This document shows positions 35,101-45,639 of a stretch of DNA of 64,000 nt, one piece after another. The DNA comes from Haliotis rufescens. Taxonomy: Eukaryota. Location: contig NW_025964301.1 of NCBI RefSeq assembly GCF_023055435.1, forward strand, positions 1,054,001-1,118,000. Reading direction: 5' to 3'. The number at the start of each line of letters is the position of its first letter. The stretch's first letter is position 1. The notes beneath the pieces were generated by a model. It was not told the DNA's origin. It saw nothing but the letters and a program-made list of their open reading frames with translations, and searched no databases. Made by a program: the position numbers and the translations under genes.

Positions 35101-38100
35101 ACTAAGAGTGTAAAAATGAGGGTTTAGCGTGTTGAAAAGCTTGGATGGTATGTATGACTGTAAAAAGATGAAGAGAGAGGGCAACCTAAGTTGGAAGAAC
35201 TTGTCCCCTATTCCCGTTCACTTCTCGTGAATAGGTATGGCTAAACCAAAGAAACAACAAGGTGAAGAATCGCGAAGGTAGCATCAACATAATGGATGCA
35301 TACATATTCGCATCAAAGAGTACCCGCTGAAACTTTTCACTGGGATCGTGTAGGAATTTCCTCCCTGTTTCATAGGGGATACGTTAACGACGGTAACGTC
35401 GTCTTCGTCTTCGTCATCATCGGCGTCGTCATTCTTTTTCCAGTGTAGAAACATGACCCTGCCATGCCCCTTCACAAAGTCGCCATCGAGAGGAAGGCGT
35501 ATGTTAGCCTCTGTGTGGAGCTTCATCGGTGGATGCACTGTGAGAATGTTGGTGAACCCAACTATACAGCGGAACTTTTCATTATCACGTTTGTATTCCT
35601 CAAACCGCTGCTGGTCGACGATGTCCGTCTGAAGAAAGATATTCATACGTTAATGTTGGTTTGTTGGTTGGTTGGTTGGTTTGTTGTTTAACGCCGCACT
35701 CAGCAATATTCCAGGTATATGTCGGCGGTCTGTAAATAATCAAGTCTGGACCAGACAATCCAGTGATTAATGTCATGAACATCGATCCACGCAATTGAGT
35801 TACGATGACATGCATCAACCAAGTCAGCGAGCCTGACCACCCGATCCCGTTAGTCGCCTTTTACGACAAGCATAGTCACCTTTTACGGCAAGCATGGGTT
35901 TGCTGAAGAACTATTCTACCCCGCAATCTTCACGGGTCTATACATTAATGACAAAATGGTGACCTTTGATTTTATTTCTTGACGCATAGAAAGTTTTGTT
36001 ATTCGGGCTACAACTATGTGTTATAAAAGTACGAACACCTGGTGTCATCACTGCGTTTCGGTGATCCATTCATATCATTTTCACCGCTATTTTGCCTATG
36101 TTCCCAATGGAACCTGTTTCTGCGGAACGAGGCTGATTATTCTGCCTGCCAACCATGTGTTACGGTGAGTGAAAACTCAATTCTATGCTGATATCCAGAA
36201 GCTTATTTACGTTGTGAACAATAATATTTGTACTTTTTGACCAGAAAAGAGAGAGTGAATTTATACGCCGCTTTTAGCAATATACCAATCATATTATTTC
36301 CTGCGTGTTGAACCAACATTTTAACACGTAGGCAACGTCACCAGGCCTGATATAGCCTGAGGATATATACAACTCGAAGAAGTAGAACACTCGATTGGAA
36401 TTGGGGGTTCCTTAACTTCTTTTTAGTAGTATATTCCGAAATATATTCTGTTCAATGACGTGGTTCAAAAATTCAAATATACTTGCAACAATTTTCAACT
36501 TCGTTTCCTTCTTCAAAGAATCTTCTGGGAAGTCAATGGCAATTCTCTCGTCCTTCTCAGAGACAAACTTGTGACCTTTCGGCCCCACTGTGGCATATTC
36601 CGGTTTTAACTCCGCCGTCACACAAAACACGTCCATCTCTGTCAGCTTGCCATATACACAGCCGCCTTCCTGCAGGAAGGAATCAAGGACTGTACACTAC
36701 CATGCATGTATATTTACTGGATATTATGTTTTACCATGGGTTCAGACTGTCAGAGTTATCTTGTCACTGATACAGGCTTATGAGGCAGGGTCCCTTTCCA
36801 CAGAGTGATCGTAACTCCTATACTTTAACATAGACTTACGACAGTTGTAGCTCTCATATTTTAACATAGACTTACGATAGTCGTAACTCCCATACTTTAA
36901 CATAGACTTACGGCAGTCGTAACTCCCATACTTTAACAATGACTTACGATAGTCGTAACTCCCATTCTTTAACATAGGCTTAAGACAGTCGTAACTCCCA
37001 TACTTTTAAATATACTTACGACAGTCATAACTCCGATACTTAAACGTAGACTTACTGACAGGTGTCAGTCCTATACTTAACGACCATCCTTTGGAAACTC
37101 GACTTCATAAAAAAAGAAAGAAAAGTATTCCCAAACGGAGACAAAAAACGGTTGCGGTAGAGTGGGGCCGCCATCTTGTTTTCCAAAACCTGTACATCTT
37201 TTCGTTCCTTATCTGCAACCCTTCATCAAAACTGATATCCCATGCATAACATGACGTTACTTAACATAACTTAACGTGATTAAGGAAGAGTTATGACATG
37301 AACTGCATGTCACCATGAGTGTGTTTTGAACTAGCTGTTCTATGGTTATAACCCAAGCCCGAAGAGCAGCTTTATACATCGGAATACAGTTTTATTGTTT
37401 AACGTCACACGTAGCAATATTCCAGCTGTATGACGGCAGTCTGTAAATAATCGAGTCTGGACCAGACAATCCAGTGATTGACATCATGAGCATCGATCTA
37501 AGCAACTGGGATACGATGACATGCATCAACCAAGTCAGCAAGTCTGACCACCCGATCCCGTTCGTCGTTTCTTACGACAAGCATGGTTCGTTGAAGACCA
37601 ATTCTAACCAGGGTATTCATGAGGCACATCGGAATACAATACATGTTTCAGGGTTAAGGAATTGCAAACCGGGGCATACAAACCTTGTATTCTGCCGGTT
37701 CCAGGTGCCATTGTCCGCCAATCTTCATACAGTACGTAAACGTGTACAACACTTGGGGTGGAATGGATCGTTCTGGCATCTCCAGGGGAACAATCAGCTC
37801 CCCATCTGGAGGCAGAGTCTGGAGACTCTGGACAACCCTGTACACATCGGACACCAACAGCTGATCCTGGTGGAGTCCAAGCTGATCCAAGCACTCGTCG
37901 CGTTCCGCGGAGTGGAGAACCTTCACGTCAACGTTAGGGTCCTTTCTTTGTGTTGGAAGACCGAGGATAGTTTTCAAACGTTCTTTGAACTGAGAGAACA
38001 AACCTTGCTTTTCCTGGGTCTGACCAATCAGGTCTAATTTCGTCACATCTCTGAGTATGAAATAACAGGCATTAAGCAACTGGTATAATACAGTGTCATG

Positions 38101-40857
38101 TTTGTGATGATGATGAAAGCAAGAAGTTGAAAATTAAGTTGAAGGAAAATGTGGAGTGTGATAAGCTAAGATCGTGACGCAAACAGAATATCTGGGGTAG
38201 ATTCAAATGCATGTTGCATGTTTCTGGAGTACTGCTTTGTGTTGTCAGGCGAAATAGACATATGGTTTTTTTTCAAAATTTGTGAGAGACGGGTGCTACC
38301 GGTAGAGCAGGGTATGACCCTTGTCGCGAATACCAGTGCCACTGATTTTCAGTGGCCCATTCAAATAATTTTCACCGCTATTTTGCCTGTTACGCCCATA
38401 TAGAATACTAAACGAGCTCCCGTGTAATACCAATTTTACGAAACGAGTGAATAGTTGTGGTATGTGACGAGCGAAAGCGAGTCAGATACCACAACTATTC
38501 ACGAGTTTCATAAAATTGGTTTTACACGGGAGCGAGTTTAGTATTTTATTTATTACTAGCCATTTATAACGTTTTCAGATTTATACTGTTGAGTGTGAAT
38601 AGGCTGACACCTACACGATCCACGGCATAATCCAATTGAGTTTAACACAATAATACTTCAAGCACGTCAAAAGTTGAAACGTATGAATTCAATACCATAC
38701 AACGGCCCACTTTTAGAATTCAGGAGTCCGTTCCACAAAATTAAATTAGCGTTAAGGTTATCGCAGCTCACATACTTTAACTTAGACTAACGACTGTCGT
38801 GCTACAGTACGATGGCCTTGTGGAACGGGGCCTTGCAGCTCAAAGTTTACAATGACGTCACAATACCGATGACGTAATTTGTGGAATTTTGTTGCAAGAT
38901 CCTTCGGCGAAACAATGCCATATGACGTCAGCCTAGCAACAAGGTTGCTGGGGTCATCGAGTGTGCATAAGCTCCTCTCAGTGATCTATCATCTCCACAC
39001 GCAATGTCGTTGGATAAGCCAAGGGATGTTGAGAGCTTTCAATATTTGTTCTAGAAACGTGTTCGGAGAGTACATCAGCACGCGTTTTGGTATTACACAA
39101 TGTGTAATACAGCTGTATGTTTATTAAACGCGTGATCTCTTCACGGGCAAGTAATAAAATGGGATCTGTTTCGTCAGATAATCGAGACTAGTTGTTGCTG
39201 GCGTTGACGTTTTATATTTCACCTGATACAAGACAGAACCTTGACCTTCACGTGTTACTGTAAGTTAATAACTGTGCATGAAGAAAATTGTGATTTCATA
39301 TTTTACTTTGGCTAAATCATCACGAACATTCCGTACTCAGGAGTACTGAAACATGTAAAAGTTGTATTGAAATCATACTGTTATGTTGAGGAATAATGTT
39401 GAAATACGACTCCAACTCATAATTTACGTATTCTTATTAGAGTCCAAGAAAATGCCAGAAAACGAGGCAAAAGTGTCGGTCATGCAACAGGGAAGATCGT
39501 ATTGCAAGGTATAAACCACAATGCTACATGAAGTTTTATGATGAATATGTATATTAATTTATCAATATAGGGTTACTCTAGGTACACACAGAACAGAGAA
39601 ACAAATCTTTCTGGTCTCCGTTTCACTTTCAAGCCCCGCTTCTGTTCCTTAGTCAAGATCTTAAACTAAGGGCAGGTCACTCTAACGTCCAGAGCTACGC
39701 TCAGATGGTGTCCCAGGTCCTTTTTCTTATTCTATACGTGCAAACGTTTGTTTACAGCATCGCCTGCAGAACACCGTGCATGTTATTGTAACCCTGTCCT
39801 ACGGTTATGATTGTCATTGAGAAGTGAAATATGATCTATATTGTGGTAAGTTCTATTATTAAGCAACATTTAGACGGATCAGCCAAATGGCAAACAAAAG
39901 ATCATAGAAATTAGTCTTCGTGGTTGTAGTTATAGTATTAACATGTAATTAAAAGGAAGCCATTGAGCAATGTCAAAACGCTGGAAGATTTAAATCAACT
40001 TTAGTGGATTTCTCTTACTGCACACGACACTCGTGTTCTCACTACAAGTTAGGACTTTTGTGTAGAAAATAGGGGTGACTAACGGTCTGGAAATCACTAT
40101 TGCGATAACTATTGATATTGAAAGAAACTATCGCGATAACTATTGATATTGCAAGCAACTATTGCGATAAATATCTATAGTTTTCGTGTATCATTTTAGA
40201 TGGAGTTTTAAGTTGAATTATACCTTGGAACTGAAGCTTCCTTTGAATGTGATAACCATAACAACAAATAAAAATTAAAGTTTGAGATATGACTGATTTG
40301 TTTTTTCTTTACCCTAATTATTTAAGAAAAAGAAACTTCCACATTACCATGTGTAAATTACTACCACGCATGATCAAAAGAAAAACAAATTTGAACAGCA
40401 TTGCATGTATTTTATTGATATGGTAAATACAATCGAAACTATCGATATTCCTAACTGAAATCGATACTATTGATAGGAACCTGATTTAACAATCGATTTA
40501 TTGACTTTAAGTGCTTAACAAAAACAGCAATATATCGATATTTCGATTGATCGTGACACCCCTAGTAGAAATATTCAACAACCTATAAATAGCACAGTAA
40601 TAAGAGCCTCGTTTTGGCCATAAGCAGCGTTTGGCATGATCATTCGATGACTACCTTTAAATGATAAACACCAACCAACAAAATCGGGGAAAATACAACA
40701 CTAAAGAAGCTAGGATACCACGGTGAGTACTAAACTTGTGTCCCAGATCAACCACCAGATATTTCTACGACAAGAACGAAGTGTGTGGATATAAGGTATC
40801 AAATGGTTTAAGGTATCAAATGAGTCAGAAAGAGGATACTTACTCGTCACTCGCCAT
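28626..40857 (-). CDS. ZU5-ZU5-UPA-Death domain protein, paralogue A (DTHD1/PIDD-C-like). Exons 40857-40844, 38050-37684, 36669-36487, 35628-35324, 31136-30523, 29122-28626 (1980 nt, 659 aa)
   Basis: All junctions are phase-consistent (one GC donor). ZU5-like VGPKGHKFVSEKDERIAIDFPEDSL resembles ankyrin ZU5-B IGPEGG...AVFPEGAL. C-terminal death-fold exon LTDKSLAALADTLPYSEWRNVGLELNF...LELLTEWRRR...LKRNDIAE. Confidence 0.8.
30248..30411 (-). mobile_element. SINE A
   Basis: Family consensus; TATTTTTTGAGT duplicated at the flanks. Confidence 0.85.
30523..31136 (-). CDS. Paralogue A UPA-like exon
   Basis: Homologous to 47309-47940 and 60242-60807 (SRSRDIEL, RTNKV). Confidence 0.85.
33572..35147. 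repeat. 79-bp satellite (~20 copies) with alternating variants, in paralogue A intron 4
   Basis: GAGTGTAAAAATGAGGGTTTAGCGTGTTGAAAAGCTTG recurs at 79-bp spacing (33605, 33684...). Confidence 0.95.
35324..35628 (-). CDS. Paralogue A ZU5-B exon
   Basis: GFTNILTVHP...IRLPLD...VMFLHW...VKSFS. Confidence 0.85.
35655..35938 (-). mobile_element. SINE-like family C (other minus copies ~37393-37620, 49528-49770, 54115-54390, 56880-57225)
   Basis: Family consensus. Confidence 0.8.
36487..36669 (-). CDS. Paralogue A ZU5-A/ZU5-B junction exon
   Basis: CTGCAG acceptor; GCAAGT donor. Confidence 0.8.
36808..37080. repeat. 36-bp minisatellite
   Basis: TCGTAACTCCCATACTTTAACATAGACTTACG recurs. Confidence 0.85.
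37684..38050 (-). CDS. Paralogue A ZU5-A exon
   Basis: LLVSDVYRV...LIVPLEMP; AAG|GTTTGT donor. Confidence 0.85.
38405..39158. mobile_element. Element with a long 5' hairpin (38405-38546), inserted into an older repeat
   Basis: ~140-bp imperfect palindrome; TTATTACTAGCC / GGCAAGTAATAA inverted pair. Confidence 0.55.
40070..40564. mobile_element. hAT-like MITE
   Basis: TAGGGGTG...CACCCCTA ends, ATCGATA-rich subterminal repeats, 8-bp TSD GTAGAAAA/GTAGAAAT. Confidence 0.7.
40844..40857 (-). CDS. Paralogue A first coding micro-exon (MASDE)
   Basis: ACCATGG Kozak context, GA|GTAAGT donor, phase 2 matches the next exon. Confidence 0.6.
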
Positions 40858-41271
40858 GGTTGATGTTTTCAGGTCTTGCGCCAGTATTTCGGCCCTAATA
40901 GATAGCAACCACCATGAGTCAAAAACTGTTCACAGCATAATAAGATGAAAATGCTTAGTTATTTCAGTTTTTAATTGGCCACTGCCACACTCCGCCTGCC
41001 TTACATATACACGCCAACAGGTCAATTTGAGCATTATTAAACGACCGTGATATGTCCTTGATTCCCACTAATGTTTATCGTATAATGGATAGTGTTATTG
41101 ATGTGATCAACCAACTTGGTGTCACGAACCGAAAAATATGCAAAGGAGGTCACCTAACAGGAACTTCTTTTAATCTCCATACATTGATTCGATGTCTACC
41201 TCCTCGACCACGTTCCCAGTAAGTTTAGATAGGTGAGTGAGTCGATATTTAACGTCACATCGGCAATATTT

Positions 41272-41405
41272 NNNNNNNNNNNNNNNNNNNNNNNNNNNNN
41301 NNNNNNNNNNNNNNNNNNNNNNNNNNNNNNNNNNNNNNNNNNNNNNNNNNNNNNNNNNNNNNNNNNNNNNNNNNNNNNNNNNNNNNNNNNNNNNNNNNNN
41401 NNNNN
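41272..41405. other. Assembly gap (134 N)
   Basis: N run. Confidence 1.
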
Positions 41406-41665
41406 ACGCCGCACTCTGCAATATTCCAGCTATATGACGGCGGTTTGTAAATGACCGTTGTATATGTATGTATCTGTGTATGCATGCATGAATCAATATT
41501 AATATTCAATAGGAGTTTTGTGTTTTAAAGTACAAAAATAATAAGTAGACGTGTTTGTATGCCCCAGTGAGTGTCCTGTCTACTGATAGAATACTTCTGA
41601 TGGGACGTAATTCTATTCTATCTCACTACATACTTTCTATGCAACATTTCTTAAATGTTAACGTG

Positions 41666-41943
41666 GAGGCACGGGTGGCCCAGTCGTCCAAGGCGCCGCG
41701 ATTCGCTGTGCAGAGTTGCGTCCCTTGGGCACGCCAGAAACCAATGATTGTGGGTTCGAATCCCGGTTCGACCCTATTATGTTTCTAGGTTTGTCAGCAC
41801 CATACCCCTGCTCGTGGGTTTCACCGAAGTGGTAAACGTCTGAGACCTGCATCACTTCGGGCTTTCCTCCCACATTAAGCTGACATGCCGTGATATAACT
41901 GGAATACTGTTAAAAGCGACGTTAAACCAAACTCACTCACTCA
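41666..41943 (+). mobile_element. SINE B
   Basis: Family consensus; TSD TGTTAACGT. Confidence 0.85.
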
Positions 41944-43340
41944 TTGTTAACGTAAAGGTAGAATTTAAGATATTTCTTCCAAAGGGAACAATGCACGCTT
42001 TGAAAATTTTCTCTAAATATACGAGAAAGTGAATAACTTATAAACTTAAAATTGACACGGAAAATCAAACAATGTTTCATTGTTCTACAGAAGTGGCATG
42101 TCATGTACCGTATGTAGTGGTAGGAGCTTTAGCCGGATAGCTAAAGCAATCGCAAGTTACAACAAAGCCCCGTTTCGATTCCCCACAAGGATGCAATGTT
42201 GGGTGCCTCTGTCCCCCACTGAAATACCCGGGATGCGGCTGGACAGTTGCTTAAAGGATGGTGAAGACAGAGGAAGAAATATATCCCTTTCAGGCTAACG
42301 ACATGTGCATTCAATCAGAAACTTCCTGGTCCGTTCGTCCATTAGTAATTTTTTAATCACATTTGAGAACGACAGACAGACAGATCATTTATTTAAGTCT
42401 CACCTCACAAGTACAGGGTAAAATATGCTATACAAAATACAATAAAAAGTGAGCCACCCTTTAAGGGTTACGAGAGACTATATATGAACTAAAAAAATAC
42501 ACAAAACATAAAACTATATACACATAAAAGGTTATCACTACAAAACTAAGAACATAGAAAATATACCATTGAAATATCATAAAATATACACAAAATACAA
42601 CCATTACCGATTACAATATAAAACTTGTTTCCGCTTCTGTATTAAAAGTTTGGCGGAATAAAAAACAACATCCAAAACAACAACATATTAGAAGTTGTCG
42701 ACATTTATGGCACTATAAGCGCATTTATATGTCTACCTATTAAAGTTTATGTTTAACGATTCACTTAATATAAAAGTATACCTAAAAACCCGGAGCAGTA
42801 AACAGTTGTACATACCTGACAAGTATCCAGATTGTAACGAGGCACTCTCTCCTCGCGTCGCCTCCACTGCAAACTTTATGTTTGTTCTTATCAAATACCT
42901 CTCAGAAGGTTTCATGTTGCGTACCTAGTAGCAACTTAGGCCGCACTATTTTACTTGCTTAACTGGTCCGCGACTGTACATTTTTCTGGAATAAAAATCG
43001 GAATTTGCTTTTGTTTTGTTTATCCCGCTGATGAGCTGATAGTATATTGCACATAAATATTAATTTTCCAAACAAGGGCGCACTGAAGTTGACATATATT
43101 AACATGGGAGTCAAAACAAAATTTCTTGTTCCTGCAAGGGGCATGCCACGCTCCCCTTTCCGCGAACACCTGATATCATTACTGTTTGATAGTAATTCAT
43201 AAACACATGCTCATGATATAGTTGGAATCTATTGGATATGTGTTTTCTAGCTTCTTCTTCTTCTTATCTTCTTCTTCTGCTTATTATTATTTTATTTATT
43301 TATTTTTTATATTTATTTTTTATTACTATTTGTATTATTA

Positions 43341-43374
<34 letters not shown>

Positions 43375-43969
43375 AGCAACAGCTGTGTTGCAGGCTCTCC
43401 TCCCAAATTAAACCATTTTTATTTTTAATACCAGCCAACATGCTGAGGAGGAGAAAACTATAAAAAAGTAAAGTGCTGTTTTCCCCACCTGGCCACAGGT
43501 ATTTTCCTGAAAAAAATATACGTAAAGCAACTAAAAAAAGAGTGGCCTTAGAGATATCCGAAATCAATAAACCTTATCGATTTCGGCATTCAAGATCGAT
43601 CCACGGTTCTAATAAATCATTATTTTACTGAAAGAGCAGACAGCTTCTGGCAAAATCCCGCAGCCTTTGAGATAAGGACCTCGTTTATGGCTTAAGTGCA
43701 GTTGTATTGTGTTAACAGGTTGTTACTCACTTGTAAAAAAACCAACTTCAGTTGTACGCAATATGTGTCAATCTTTTCGACATGCGTCTTAGATACGGTT
43801 ACACATTCTATAAAACTTTCTGAGAAGTTATGGTAGCTACTTATGGCACAGTAAAAACAAATTTAAATCCTTATTAAACTTCAATAAAATCGTTTCAACC
43901 CCGAAAGGGTCACTGTGCCACCATAAGGGTCGCTGTACCGCGTTACGATCCTAAAATCTTGCAGAATTG

Positions 43970-44244
43970 GGGCCAAGGGTGGCCCAGTCGTCTTAGGCAC
44001 CGCAATTCGCTGTGCAGAGTTGCGTCCCTTGGGCACGCCAGTATCCCAAGATTGTGGGTTCGAATCCCGGTTCGCCCTGATAAAGTTTCTAGGTTTGTCA
44101 GCACCATTCCCATGCTCGTGGGGCTCACCAAAGTGGTAAACGTCAGAGACCTGCATCACTTCGGGCTTTCCCCCAAAATAGCTGACAAGCATTGATATAA
44201 CTGGAATACTATTAAAAGCGGCGTTAAACCCAACTCACTCACTC
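43970..44244 (+). mobile_element. SINE B (others 45705-45964, 57893-58157, fragment ~59065-59177)
   Basis: Family consensus. Confidence 0.8.
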
Positions 44245-45244
44245 AAACAATGTTCTTTAAAAAGGTTCCAGGCAGTTTATTCGTACAATGGCTGACAAGA
44301 ATACAGTTTTATTTTTCATCAAATACCGATAACGCCATTGACTGTTCTTTGTCCTTAGATGCACACTACACGGACAAGGAGCTCAGAACACCATCCCCCA
44401 AGTGAAGATCCGGTTTAGAATTGGTATTCAGCAAGTCATGCTTGTCGTAAGAGGTGACTAATGGGATCGATCGGGTGGTCAGGCTCGTTGACTTGATTGG
44501 TGCATGTCATCGTATCCCGTTTGCATAGATCGATGCTCATGATGTCAATCACAAGATTGTCTGATTAAGATTCGATTATTAACAGACCGACGTTATATAG
44601 CTGGAATATTGCTGCGTGTAGCGTAAATCAACTTCCACGGGAGATGTGATTACAATGAAGTTTCATCACAATGATTTGCAGATCATTGTCACCCGTTACC
44701 ATGACATCAAAATCAAATGACATCATTAATTACTCTGCTGCTGAAGCTGGTCAGCTGTAGTATACTATACACTGGTTATTACTGTTTACAGACTGCAGAA
44801 GTTGGTGTTGATATATCTCATATCAAAAGACACACGGTAAGATTATCTAGGTATAGGACACGTGTGCTTGTTTATCAACGCCATGCCCAAGTACGTATGG
44901 GTAGAAAACAATGACGCTAAAAATAGTACGACAGTGTACTCGTTCAGGGACAATCGGAGCTAGAACATGAGCTTCAACATCTCCAAGCGATAAGTCACAG
45001 AAGCACTCAAAATATCACCATCGAGAATTCAGCAGTATTATTATCTAGTAGTTTTAATACACACTTTCAGCATTGAGTACGTATACCTTATTACTTTCCT
45101 GGGTATTATTTATCTAGGTCTAGTGGCACAAGGCAATTGCTACAACCGCGAAATAATATTGGTAGGGGTCGGGTGGGCAGGTAGGGCTGGGGTGGGGTGT
45201 GGTGGGTGGACGGAGGCGGGTGGGTGGTCCGGGCATGACCGGCA

Positions 45245-45639
45245 CTAATTGACATCAGGATAAATAAAATGTCCATCCCGAACCGTCGGAAGCCGCATCA
45301 CTGCTTTTTGCCGACCAGCACGTCCATTGAAGTCATTTCTCCGGATCTCGCGCCGCTCCCCCGCCGCCAGCCGCAACATCTCTGCCACGTCGTGGCGTCC
45401 GATCTCCTCCAGTGCAGCCACAAGGTCATTGATGAGGCTCTCAGATGTCCCGCGACTGATGCTCTTCCACTCCCTGAGGAGCTCAAACCTCGGGTCGGAC
45501 TTCCGTCGCTCCGCCTTCTCAAATATCGAACATATTTCATCAGTGGTGAAGTTCAGCTCTAACCCCATGCTTCTCCAGACTACCTGAGGAAGAGAATCGC
45601 TGAGCGCCGAGAGACTCTTGTCTGACAGAACCGGATGGA
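45245..45639 (-). CDS. Paralogue B last exon (death domain)
   Basis: ATTTCAG acceptor; homologous to A and C death exons. Confidence 0.85.

Noticed and set aside
33572-35147. CRISPR-like look of constant blocks with variable intervening sequence (also 51307-52215)
   Set aside because: The intervening parts are two or three recurring variants rather than unique spacers, there are no cas genes, and the context is a eukaryotic intron.
41170-41509. ORFs spanning the N run
   Set aside because: Assembly gap artefacts.
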